This document shows, piece after piece, positions 17,165-26,276 of a stretch of DNA of 64,000 nucleotides. The stretch's first letter is position 1. Each line of letters begins with the position of its first letter. Origin of the DNA: an uncultured Fidelibacterota bacterium (GTDB lineage Bacteria; Fidelibacterota; Marinisomatia; Marinisomatales; Marinisomataceae); NCBI GenBank assembly GCA_902629855.1, contig CACOSI010000003.1, forward strand, positions 6,966 through 70,965. Direction: 5' to 3'. The notes beneath the pieces were generated by a model, which searched no databases, had not been told where the DNA came from, and saw only the letters and a program-made list of their open reading frames with translations. The position numbers and the translations under genes are program-made.

Positions 17165-17836
17165 TTATTTTGTATCCATCTTAGCAGCAGCGTAAACAAT
17201 CATACCGATAAGAATTTTATTTACAAAATCAGCTAAATTGTAAACTTGATTAGTTACATCCATATCTACTCCACCTGTAGTAAAGTATCCTAGGAAATAA
17301 CCTAAAGGATAGATTGCCCATCCAAATGTTACAATTTTTTTCATTCCGTCGAAAGCGTACTGACCTGCAGCACTTGCTTTAGCGTTAACTTCAGCAGCTT
17401 CACCTGACCAGATTTCTCTTAGCATAAGTCCCCAGCATACCATACCAATTGCAAATCCAACAGTAGGGCTAATTGCTGCAACTACACCAGTTTCACCGAG
17501 GTAACCCCCGACTAACATTAAAACAGAAAAACCTAAAAGTCTGTGTAATACACCTGCACTTACAGCTGTAACAGCAGCAAGAACAATGTAAAATTCGACC
17601 ATTTGAAGAGGAACAGTAATTAACCAGTCAATGTATCTAATTGATACAACATCGGTTGCGTCCATGTTACCCCTCATATAATAGTAATGAACTGCAGCTA
17701 TAAAGCAAACCATACCAGAAACTGATAAAGCAGTTTTCCATTTAGGGTTTACATTATCTCTTTCTAACCATAGAAAAAGACCGGCTGCTAGTAAAGCCAT
17801 ATTTGTTACAAAAAACGTAAACGTTGTAAAGTCCAT
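17165..17836 (-). CDS. Proteorhodopsin, proton-pump type (DTE motif), blue-absorbing variant (Gln at tuning site 105)
   Basis: Collinear with SAR86 proteorhodopsin. RYIDWLITVPLQMVEFY (D97/T101/Q105/E108 equivalents), HYYYMRG (H75 equivalent), YNLADFVNKILIG (D227 / Schiff-base K231 equivalents). GAGGT 7 nt upstream of the ATG. An in-frame TAA lies two codons upstream. Confidence 0.95.
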   Translation of the reverse strand: MDFTTFTFFVTNMALLAAGLFLWLERDNVNPKWKTALSVSGMVCFIAAVHYYYMRGNMDATDVVSIRYIDWLITVPLQMVEFYIVLAAVTAVSAGVLHRLLGFSVLMLVGGYLGETGVVAAISPTVGFAIGMVCWGLMLREIWSGEAAEVNAKASAAGQYAFDGMKKIVTFGWAIYPLGYFLGYFTTGGVDMDVTNQVYNLADFVNKILIGMIVYAAAKMDTK

Positions 17837-17907
17837 GTATTATACCTCATTATTTTTGTTAAATTCGAATAAATATATAATAAATTTTAAAAAACACAAA
17901 ACATTTA

Positions 17908-18501
17908 ATGAAAAAAGAATTTCAAGAAAAACTAGATGATTTAAAGAGCCTTATGAAAGATGCATTGAAAGATTCAAAACATTCTTTCAGAATTTTTGCA
18001 TTAGGATCAAGTTCAAATACAAAACCTAATATTAGAACAGTTGTGCTAAGAGATTTTTCTTTAAATAATAGAAATATTGATTGTCATTCAGATATTAGAA
18101 GTCCAAAAATAAACGAACTCAATCAAAATAATTATGTTGAAGCAATGTTTTATTGTTCAGACAATAAAATTCAAGCTAGAATATCTGGCAAAGTAGAAAT
18201 TATTCATAATAATAAAGAAACATTAGATCGATGGAATTCATTAACTGAATCCTCAAAAAGATGTTATTTGGGACCTTATAGTCCATCAACAATGTTAGAA
18301 AGCTATCATGCAAATATTCCTGATGATTTTAAATTTAAAAATCCAACTCCAGAGCAGTCAAAAATTGGCTATAAAAACTTTGTTATTATTAGGATACATT
18401 TTTTAAAAATTGATTTTCTTGAACTAAAGTACAGTGGACACAAAAGAATTAAATTTGATTTTAGTAATAAAGAAATTTCAGCAAATTGGATAGCACCATA
18501 A
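17908..18501 (+). CDS. Pyridoxamine 5'-phosphate oxidase-related FMN-binding family protein
   Basis: IRTVVLRDF..., IQARISGKVEII, and a C-terminal W..AP ending give the overall layout of PNPOx-like split-barrel proteins. Weak, motif-level only. Confidence 0.55.
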   Translation: MKKEFQEKLDDLKSLMKDALKDSKHSFRIFALGSSSNTKPNIRTVVLRDFSLNNRNIDCHSDIRSPKINELNQNNYVEAMFYCSDNKIQARISGKVEIIHNNKETLDRWNSLTESSKRCYLGPYSPSTMLESYHANIPDDFKFKNPTPEQSKIGYKNFVIIRIHFLKIDFLELKYSGHKRIKFDFSNKEISANWIAP

Positions 18502-18596
18502 AATGAAAAGTACTATCATACTAATGACAATTTTTGTTATTCTTGGAACAGTTTTCAATTTTTTAACAATTAAAAGATACATAAGGAAAAAGCAAA

Positions 18597-18977
18597 ATGA
18601 TGAAAAATAAATTTTTAATAATTTTTTTTATATTAACTTTTTCATTGATGATGTGTTCAAAAAATAAAGACGTTATTATGATGGAAGAATTTCAATCAAG
18701 TATTCTTGACAAAAATACAATTGTCCTTGATGTTAGGACAGAAGAGGAGTACTTCGGTCCATTAGGTCACATTGAAAATGCAATATTGATTCCAATTCAA
18801 GAGCTTCAATCGAGACTGGACGAATTAAATCAGTTTAAAAATGAAACTATTTATGTGGTTTGTCGCAGTGGTCAAAGATCGAATGTTGGTAAAGACATTT
18901 TGAACGCTAACAATTTTCGAGCGGTTAATGTTGATGGAGGAATGATATCATGGAGACCAGAAAATAGTGAGAGATAA
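18597..18977 (+). CDS. Rhodanese-domain sulfurtransferase, probable lipoprotein
   Basis: Lipobox-like LMMCS after a hydrophobic leader. Active-site loop VVCRSGQRS. Confidence 0.8.
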   Translation: MMKNKFLIIFFILTFSLMMCSKNKDVIMMEEFQSSILDKNTIVLDVRTEEEYFGPLGHIENAILIPIQELQSRLDELNQFKNETIYVVCRSGQRSNVGKDILNANNFRAVNVDGGMISWRPENSER

Positions 18978-19060
18978 AAAAGAATTAACGACATTCTATA
19001 AAAAATCATTTTTTACAATTTTAATTGTTATGACTATTTTATTAATCCCATTTTTTTGCT

Positions 19061-19696
19061 ATGCGCGTTAAGCAAAAATATATTATTGATTTCGCAAAAG
19101 GTATAACATGGGCCTTGGTATTATATCTCATTTATCTTTACAACCAACAAGATAATATTACAGCTTGGATTTATCTGTGTTTACATGGATCCTATGGGAT
19201 AATGTGGGTTCTCAAAAGTTATATTTTTCCAGATAAAACATGGGAATCCAAAGTTGGTTTTCCTTATGCGATGCTAATTTTTATTGGCTTAATACTTTAT
19301 TGGGCTCCAGCATATATTATTACATCTAATAGCCATCAAGCTTCAAATTTAATTATAGTTATTTCTATTTTCATATTTTCGATTGGAGTCTTTTATCATT
19401 TTGTATCCGATATGCAAAAATTTATCTTTTTAAAAAATAATTCTGGGCTTATCAAAGATGGATTCTGGAAGCAATGCAGACATCCAAATTATTTTGGAGA
19501 ACTTTTAATTTATTTAAGCTTTTTATTGCTTGTAGTGGAATCATCGCAATGGTGGATACCTACAGCAGTTTTACTTTTATTCATAATTGCGGTTTGGATA
19601 CCAAATATGATTAAAATAGAAAAGTCTTTATCAAGGTTTGATGATCATCACGAATACAAAAGAAAAACGCCATTTTTTATACCTTATTTATTCTAA
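19061..19696 (+). CDS. DUF1295 / ICMT-like polytopic membrane protein (steroid-reductase / methyltransferase fold family)
   Basis: CRHPNYFGELLIYLSF motif with multiple TM segments. The N-terminus may be truncated by a T7-run frameshift (see findings). Confidence 0.65.
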   Translation: MRVKQKYIIDFAKGITWALVLYLIYLYNQQDNITAWIYLCLHGSYGIMWVLKSYIFPDKTWESKVGFPYAMLIFIGLILYWAPAYIITSNSHQASNLIIVISIFIFSIGVFYHFVSDMQKFIFLKNNSGLIKDGFWKQCRHPNYFGELLIYLSFLLLVVESSQWWIPTAVLLLFIIAVWIPNMIKIEKSLSRFDDHHEYKRKTPFFIPYLF

Positions 19697-20082
19697 TGAA
19701 AACCAAAACTGTAATATATTACGATGGAATTTGTTTACTATGTTCTTGGCAAATAAATACTCTTTTAAAACTAGATAAAAAAAATATTCTTCATTTCAGT
19801 CCTCTTCAATCACAATATGCAAAAGCAAATCTTGACGAAGAAGTAATTTTAAATCTTGATACTGTAATTGTTAAAAGGAATAATGAAATTTTTTCAAAAT
19901 CAAAGGCTGCCTTTGTAGTGTTAGAGGAATTGCAAAGCCCATTAAGATTTTTATTTTACTTTATACCAAATTTTTTAGCAGATAAAGTATATGACTTTGT
20001 TGCAAAAAGAAGATATAGCTGGTTTGGGAAAAAAGAAGAATGTATTTTTCCAAAAAATAATCCAAAATTTTTGATAGATTGA
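19696..20082 (+). CDS. Thiol-disulfide oxidoreductase DCC family protein (DUF393)
   Basis: N-terminal YYDGICLLCSW (DxxCxxC) motif, 128 aa. TAATG overlap with the upstream gene. Confidence 0.8.
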   Translation: MKTKTVIYYDGICLLCSWQINTLLKLDKKNILHFSPLQSQYAKANLDEEVILNLDTVIVKRNNEIFSKSKAAFVVLEELQSPLRFLFYFIPNFLADKVYDFVAKRRYSWFGKKEECIFPKNNPKFLID

Positions 20083-20498
20083 TGAAAAAAGAAAATTTTA
20101 AACATTTTTACGAAATAGAAACCAGATGGTATGATGAGGACATGCTAGGTCATATTAATCACGGAACCGCAGTGACATATTTTGAGGATGCAAGGGTTCG
20201 ACATGCTTCAGAAATTGGTTTAAAGCCATATGATATAGATCAATTTCCTTTTATAGTTGCATCAATGAGTTTTGAATTTATTAAACAAATTAAGCATCCA
20301 AAAAAAATGACCATTGGCCTTTCTGTGTCAAGAGTAGGTGGGAAAAGTTTTGATTATGAATATGGTTTATTTGTTGAAAATGAAGATGAATGTTCACTTT
20401 CTTGTAAAATGACAATGGTTTGCTTTGATTTTATTAATCAGAAAAGCGTTGAAGTATTTAAAGAAATTAAGAATGATTTTTTGGGAGAAAATAAATGA
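20079..20498 (+). CDS. Acyl-CoA thioesterase, 4HBT/YbgC-like hotdog fold
   Basis: RWYDEDMLGHINHGTAVTYFEDAR is typical of YbgC/4HBT thioesterases. Confidence 0.8.
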   Translation: MMKKENFKHFYEIETRWYDEDMLGHINHGTAVTYFEDARVRHASEIGLKPYDIDQFPFIVASMSFEFIKQIKHPKKMTIGLSVSRVGGKSFDYEYGLFVENEDECSLSCKMTMVCFDFINQKSVEVFKEIKNDFLGENK

Positions 20499-21238
20499 AA
20501 GTTTTTGTTGAGAATGATATTAAAACCATCAATTTGGGAAAAAAAGGTCCAAATGTTTTAAGTGTTGATCGCGCCAAAGAAATTATCAAAGAATTAAACT
20601 ATGACGACTGTAAAGCAGTTATCATTATGGGAAACGAAAAAGTATTTAGCGCAGGTTTAAATCTTAAAGATTTACTTGCAGCAAAAAAAGCTAGTGAAGT
20701 ATCAATTATTTTTAAAACCTTGCGTGAGCTTTTAGTTGCTTGTAAAGAGTTTCCTGGCCCTGTAATAAGTATTGTAGGTGGCCATGCTATTGCTGGTGGT
20801 TGTCTTCTTGCTTTAGCATCTGACTACAGATATGGGATGCATGGTATGCATAGAATGGGGTTAAATGAGATGGCTATTGGTATTGATCTTCCTCCAGATA
20901 TGTTAAAAATAATCTCCCACACTATAAGCAAGGATAACCTTTTTGAAGTTGCAACTCAATGCAGAATGTATACTCCAAAACAAGCTCTTGAAAAGGGATT
21001 AATAAATGAGATTGTAGGTAATAGATTTACTAGTAAAAAAAAGGCAACTGACAAAGCATATTCAAAAGCTATAAAACTTGCAAAGTTTTATATTGATGCA
21101 GGAGAACCTTTTGTAAGGTTGAAAAAGTCTTTAAACAAAGAAACAAGTTTTGACTATCAAATACTTATTGATAATTGGTTTAGTTCTCAAACTCAAGAGA
21201 AAATTAAAAAAGTAGTAGCTTCTCTTAATAAGAAATGA
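20495..21238 (+). CDS. Enoyl-CoA hydratase/isomerase (crotonase) family protein
   Basis: FSAGLNLKDL and GHAIAGGCLLALASDYR oxyanion-hole regions. Confidence 0.8.
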   Translation: MKVFVENDIKTINLGKKGPNVLSVDRAKEIIKELNYDDCKAVIIMGNEKVFSAGLNLKDLLAAKKASEVSIIFKTLRELLVACKEFPGPVISIVGGHAIAGGCLLALASDYRYGMHGMHRMGLNEMAIGIDLPPDMLKIISHTISKDNLFEVATQCRMYTPKQALEKGLINEIVGNRFTSKKKATDKAYSKAIKLAKFYIDAGEPFVRLKKSLNKETSFDYQILIDNWFSSQTQEKIKKVVASLNKK

Positions 21239-22128
21239 ATATTCTAATTGCTGGTGGTACTGGTTTTATAGGAAAACGTCTATCACATATTTTGATAAAA
21301 AATGGATATAAAGTTTTCATTCTCACAAGAAACATTAATAAAAAAAATATTATCAAAAATGCTACATTTGTAGATTGGGAAACTATAAATCCTGAATTAT
21401 TGAGCTCAGTAAAAGTCGTTATCAAGCTCAGTGGAGAAAATGTTGCTCAATTATGGACTAGATCAGCTAAAAAAAGAATTTTAGATAGTAGGGTTGAAAT
21501 CACTTCAAAATTATTTGATTTTTGTAAAAATAATGAAATAGTTCCAAATCAGCTAATTAATGCCTCTGCTGTTGGAATCTACGGTAGGAAAGATGCGAAA
21601 TATAGCAATGAAAGTGTAGATGAAAATTCTAAAATTGGTGATTCTTTTTTAGCTGATGTTTGTCAAAAGAATGAACAATCCTGTGAGGTATTTAATATAT
21701 TTGATAATATAAGCATACTTCAAATTAGAATAGGTGTTGTGTTGACAAGAAAGTTTACTTTACTACTTGCGCTCCCAACAATTTTCTCCATCCCAAATCC
21801 TGGAAATAAAAACTATTACTTTCCTTGGATTCACTTAGATGACGTTGTTGGATTTATTTATTATTCAATTGAAAACAAATTTGATGGTATCTATAACGTT
21901 ATTGGTAAAAATTTGACCAATCACAAAGATTTCTACCAAATTTTGGCAAAAAATTATTTTGGATTTTTTCCTTGGACTCTATTTTTACCTATTTCTTTAA
22001 TAAAATCTCTTGGAGACATGAGTGAAATGCTTTTATATGGCCCTAAAACTTCTTCTGAAAAAATATCTGCTAGTGGCTATAATTTTCAACATGAAAACCT
22101 TAAATCTGCATTAAAAAAATTACCATAA
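21235..22128 (+). CDS. TIGR01777-type epimerase family protein (SDR39U1-like, NAD-binding Rossmann fold with DUF1731 C-terminus)
   Basis: ILIAGGTGFIGKRL glycine-rich loop. About 300 aa with the layout of the family. Confidence 0.7.
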   Translation: MNILIAGGTGFIGKRLSHILIKNGYKVFILTRNINKKNIIKNATFVDWETINPELLSSVKVVIKLSGENVAQLWTRSAKKRILDSRVEITSKLFDFCKNNEIVPNQLINASAVGIYGRKDAKYSNESVDENSKIGDSFLADVCQKNEQSCEVFNIFDNISILQIRIGVVLTRKFTLLLALPTIFSIPNPGNKNYYFPWIHLDDVVGFIYYSIENKFDGIYNVIGKNLTNHKDFYQILAKNYFGFFPWTLFLPISLIKSLGDMSEMLLYGPKTSSEKISASGYNFQHENLKSALKKLP

Positions 22129-22209
22129 TTAAAGAATTTGGAAATATATTAAATTTTGGTAAATTTTGGGCTGTGAAAACAATTATTTTCTATCAAAAGG
22201 ACTAATCAA

Positions 22210-23202
22210 TTGGCTAAAAAATTATCTAAAAAACAATTACAAAAAGAACTGCAAAATATTGAAGAAACTAATCCTGATGAATTAGCTGCTGAAATTGAGC
22301 AGTTAGAAGCTGAGGCAGAAAAGAGAAAACAGGCTTTAGGAAGAGCGGATGAAAGAATCAAACGTTCTAAAGTTGCCAGTGGTACGATAAGTATGTATTT
22401 ATCTGAAATATCACAATATGAACCACTTTCACCTGATAGAGAAGTAGAGTTGGCAGTTTTAATCGCCAAAGGTGATAAGTATGCAATGAAAGAGTTAGTT
22501 GAAGCGAACCTAAGATTTGTTGTTTCTGTTGCCAAAAAGTATCAAGGTAATGGATTATCATTATCTGATATAATTAATGAAGGAAATTTAGGTTTAATCA
22601 AAGCTGCTAAAAGGTTTGATCCATCCAGAGGATTTAAGTTTATTTCCTATGCTGTTTGGTGGATTAGACAAGCCATTCTGCAAGCTTTAGCAGAGCAAGG
22701 AAGGTTAATCAGACTTCCTCTTAACAGAGTTGGTACAATTACAAAGATAACCAAAGCAGCTGAAAAGTTAGAAGCTGAAATGGGTCGCCCTCCAAAGGTT
22801 GAAGAAATTAGTCACCAGTTAGATGTTAAATCGGAAGAAGTTTTTAATGCTTTACAATATTCTAGGAGACATAGTTCTTTGGATGCTCCATTTGCAGAAG
22901 GAGAAGATAGTTCATTGATTAATGTAATTGAAGATGAGCAGGAAAAAGATCCAGACAATAAAGTTATGGATACATCTATGAAAGAAGAAATAGCTTCTGC
23001 ATTAAGCACGCTTACTGAAAGAGAGAGATCTGTTATAGAAATGTATTTTGGTATAAATAGAGATCGTTCATTTACTCTAAATGAAATTGGAGAACAATTC
23101 AGTTTAACAAGAGAGAGAGTAAGACAAATAAAGGAAAAAGCTATTCGTAGACTTGCACATAAAACTAGAAGCGAACCACTTAGAGTTTATTTAGGACAAT
23201 AA
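22210..23202 (+). CDS. rpoD: RNA polymerase primary sigma factor, short FCB/Bacteroidota-type
   Basis: Regions 2-4 are present. NLRFVVSVAKKY, FISYAVWWIRQAILQALAEQGRLIRLPLNRV, and LTRERVRQIKEKAIRRL. TTG start. Confidence 0.85.
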   Translation: MAKKLSKKQLQKELQNIEETNPDELAAEIEQLEAEAEKRKQALGRADERIKRSKVASGTISMYLSEISQYEPLSPDREVELAVLIAKGDKYAMKELVEANLRFVVSVAKKYQGNGLSLSDIINEGNLGLIKAAKRFDPSRGFKFISYAVWWIRQAILQALAEQGRLIRLPLNRVGTITKITKAAEKLEAEMGRPPKVEEISHQLDVKSEEVFNALQYSRRHSSLDAPFAEGEDSSLINVIEDEQEKDPDNKVMDTSMKEEIASALSTLTERERSVIEMYFGINRDRSFTLNEIGEQFSLTRERVRQIKEKAIRRLAHKTRSEPLRVYLGQ

Positions 23203-23204
23203 TT

Positions 23205-23627
23205 TTGAATTCATTTCAAATTTTACTTCCAGTATTTGCATTAGTTTTTCTTACATATTTTCACATAGCATTAAATGCTTTCTTGATAAAAAAGTCTATT
23301 CAAAATAATGAATTAGATTATAAATGGATGAAATTCACCCCTTCATGGCAAGAAATTCCAAATGATATTCAAAGTTCTAGAGAACTATATAAAAATTTAT
23401 TTGAAACACCCTTAATTTTTTATTTTTACTGTTTGCTAGCTTATAATCTAAATCATGTAACTATTCTTAATCTCTCGCTTTCATGGCTGTTCGTTTTTTT
23501 GAGAATTTGGCATTACTATGTAAGATTACAAAATCCTAAACTATCAAACAGAAGACCCCCATTTCAATATTCTGTTGTAGTCTCTTTCTTTCTATGGGTA
23601 GAGCTTTTGATATCTTCGCTAAAATAA
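23205..23627 (+). CDS. MAPEG-family-like small membrane protein
   Basis: 140 aa, 3-4 TM. NLFETPLIFYF and FLRIWHYYV resemble the MAPEG conserved segments. Motif-level only. Confidence 0.5.
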   Translation: MNSFQILLPVFALVFLTYFHIALNAFLIKKSIQNNELDYKWMKFTPSWQEIPNDIQSSRELYKNLFETPLIFYFYCLLAYNLNHVTILNLSLSWLFVFLRIWHYYVRLQNPKLSNRRPPFQYSVVVSFFLWVELLISSLK

Positions 23628-23668
23628 TTTATAGCACAACTAAAATCATAGTTGTATAATCTTTCAGT

Positions 23669-24982
23669 ATGGCAAAAAAACCAAAGATTGCAATAATTGG
23701 AAGACCTAACGTTGGAAAATCTACTCTTTTTAATAGATTAGCTGGTAAAAGAACATCAATTGTTGATCAACTCGAAGGAGTAACTAGGGATCGGATTTAT
23801 GCTTCTGCAGAGTGGCTTTCAAAGGAATTTGACATTATTGATACTGGAGGCTTTGTAAGTTCAGACGAAGATATTTTTAATAAAAAAATTAAAGAACAAA
23901 TATCTCAAGCACTTGCTGAATGTGATGGGTTAATTTTCTTAGTTGATGGAAAGGAAGGTTTAAATCCTAATGACCAATTTTTATCGAAACTTGTAAGAAA
24001 ATCAGGAAAAAAATCTGTTTTGGCAGTAAATAAATGTGATGTTCCTTCACATAGTGAGAGGATAAACGCATTCTTTGATTTGGGTCTTGAGAAACCCACA
24101 CCAATATCAGCATTAAATGGGTCTGGAATTGGAGATGTACTGGATATTCTTTTAGATGAATTTGATTTTTCGAACATTGAAAATGATTTAAAAGAAGACT
24201 ACTCAATCTCCATTGTTGGAATGCCAAATGTTGGTAAATCATCTCTTTTGAATGCTATTATTCAAAAAGATCAAGCAATTGTTTCGAATATCGCTGGCAC
24301 AACAAGAGATTCAATTGATTCGACAATAAAATGGCATGGAAAAAATGTTAAAATTGTTGACACTGCGGGTCTAAGAAAAAAAAGTAAAGTAGATGATGAT
24401 ATTGAATTTTATAGTTCATTAAGAGCTATGGACTCACTTATTAGATCTAATATTGTTTTGTTGGTAGTTGATGTTGAGAAAGGGTTTACTAAACAAGAAA
24501 AGTCAATTGCTAAAGAAGTAATAAAAAAAGGTAAAAGAATGGTTATTCTTGTCAACAAATGGGATCTAACTAGTGAAAAAGATATTTCAGCAGATTTATA
24601 TAAAGAAAATATGTACAATGAGTTTAAAGATCTTCAGCATTATCCTATAATTTTTGTATCAGCTTTAACAAAAAGAAGAATTTCAAATGTTTTAGAGAAA
24701 ACTTGGGAAGTTTTTAAAAAACAAAATGAAAAGCTATCCACAAAAAAATTAAATGAATGGCTTGAAAAATCTGTAAGAAATTATCCTCCTCCTGCAGCTC
24801 AAGGAAAATCAATTAAAATAAAATTTGTTGAACAAGTTCAGTATTCACCTCCAATATTTGCACTTTTTAGTAATTACCCTAAGCTCATTTCAATTCAGTA
24901 TTTAAGATATTTACATAATCAGCTTAGGGATTCATTTGATTTAAAAGGTATAACCATTAAGTTTTCTCTAAGAAAAGGATAA
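23669..24982 (+). CDS. der: Ribosome-biogenesis GTPase Der (EngA), tandem G domains plus KH-like domain
   Basis: Two P-loops (GRPNVGKST, GMPNVGKSS), DTGG/DTAG and NKCD/NKWD motifs. Confidence 0.95.
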   Translation: MAKKPKIAIIGRPNVGKSTLFNRLAGKRTSIVDQLEGVTRDRIYASAEWLSKEFDIIDTGGFVSSDEDIFNKKIKEQISQALAECDGLIFLVDGKEGLNPNDQFLSKLVRKSGKKSVLAVNKCDVPSHSERINAFFDLGLEKPTPISALNGSGIGDVLDILLDEFDFSNIENDLKEDYSISIVGMPNVGKSSLLNAIIQKDQAIVSNIAGTTRDSIDSTIKWHGKNVKIVDTAGLRKKSKVDDDIEFYSSLRAMDSLIRSNIVLLVVDVEKGFTKQEKSIAKEVIKKGKRMVILVNKWDLTSEKDISADLYKENMYNEFKDLQHYPIIFVSALTKRRISNVLEKTWEVFKKQNEKLSTKKLNEWLEKSVRNYPPPAAQGKSIKIKFVEQVQYSPPIFALFSNYPKLISIQYLRYLHNQLRDSFDLKGITIKFSLRKG

Positions 24983-26268
24983 TGAGTAAAAAACAAATTT
25001 ACAGCTGGGCCTTATATGATTGGGCTAATTCTGCATTTGCTACAACTGTCATGGCAGGTTTTTTCCCAATCTTTTTTCAAGAATACTGGTCAAATCCTGA
25101 TAATGTTTCATTAAGCACATTTTATTTGGGCTTAGGGAATTCTATTGCCTCGATTATTGTTGCTTTGTTGGCTCCGATTTTAGGTGCGATTGCAGATAGG
25201 GGTAGTTTTAAGAAAAAGTTTTTAATATTCTTTGCATTTTTAGGCGCAGTAATGACATTGGGACTTGGTTTTATTGCTCAAGGAATGTGGCCCATTGCAT
25301 TACTAGTTTACATTTTTTCAACAATAGGATTTTCTGGTGCAAATATTTTCTATGATTCATTGCTTCCATCAATTTCGAATGATAATAACATTGACAAAGT
25401 ATCAGCTTTAGGCTTTTCTCTAGGTTATCTTGGTGGCGGAATTTTAGTTATCATAAATGCTGCAATGGTAAATTTTCCATCTTTTTTTGGTCTAAGTAGC
25501 GTTGTTGAGGCAACTCAATATTCTTTTATTTCTGTAGCAATTTGGTGGGCAGTTTTTTCAATACCTTTATTAGTTTTTGTAAAGGAAGAAAAAGTTAATG
25601 AAAAAGAAAGTATAAAAGATTCTGTAAAAAATGGAATAATTCAGTTTAAAAATACCTTTCAAGATATTAAAAAGTTAAAAGTCGTAGCTACTTTCCTTTT
25701 AGCTTATTGGTTATACATTGATGGTGTTGATACGGTTGTAAGGATGGCTGCAGCTTTTGCATCAACTCTAGAATTTTCAACAGGAGATATAATTGGAGCA
25801 CTTGTATTAATTCAGCTGGTAGCTTTTGTAGCAACCTTAATATATATCAAGATTTCAAATTATATTGGCTTAAAAAATGGTATATATTTAGGAATTTTAG
25901 GTTATGTTGTAATCATTATTTGTGGATTCTTTGTTGAAAATGTTGCTCAGTTTTACATTGTTGCATTTCTAATTGGATGTTTTCAAGGGGGAATTCAATC
26001 AATTAGTAGAAGTTTGTATTCTAGGATCATTCCTGAAAATAAAGCTGCAGAATTTTATGGTTTTTACAATATGTTAGGAAAATTTGCTGCAGTTTTTGGC
26101 CCCATTCTTATGGGATCAGTTACATTAATTTTAAGTAATAACTTCGATGATGAAATCACTGCAGCTAGATATGGATTATTATCAATAATGATTTTATTTA
26201 TACTAGGTGCATATGTTTTTTCTAAAGTTGATATAGCTGAAGGCGAAGCAATAGCTAAAAATCTCTGA
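24982..26268 (+). CDS. MFS transporter, UMF1 (Atg22-like) family
   Basis: N-terminal SWALYDWANSAFATTVMAGFFPIFF is diagnostic of the UMF1 family. About 12 TM. Confidence 0.8.
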   Translation: MSKKQIYSWALYDWANSAFATTVMAGFFPIFFQEYWSNPDNVSLSTFYLGLGNSIASIIVALLAPILGAIADRGSFKKKFLIFFAFLGAVMTLGLGFIAQGMWPIALLVYIFSTIGFSGANIFYDSLLPSISNDNNIDKVSALGFSLGYLGGGILVIINAAMVNFPSFFGLSSVVEATQYSFISVAIWWAVFSIPLLVFVKEEKVNEKESIKDSVKNGIIQFKNTFQDIKKLKVVATFLLAYWLYIDGVDTVVRMAAAFASTLEFSTGDIIGALVLIQLVAFVATLIYIKISNYIGLKNGIYLGILGYVVIIICGFFVENVAQFYIVAFLIGCFQGGIQSISRSLYSRIIPENKAAEFYGFYNMLGKFAAVFGPILMGSVTLILSNNFDDEITAARYGLLSIMILFILGAYVFSKVDIAEGEAIAKNL

Positions 26269-26276
26269 TTTTAAAA

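Noticed and set aside
17837-22128. Retinal biosynthesis genes (blh, crtEBIY) next to proteorhodopsin
   Set aside because: None of the downstream ORFs has the Blh/Brp multi-His membrane pattern or carotenoid enzyme motifs. The DUF1295-like membrane protein carries the RHPNYFGE signature of a different family.
22206-22535. 109-aa minus-strand ORF
   Set aside because: Fully antisense to the 5' part of rpoD, with a low-complexity Ser/Ala-rich translation.
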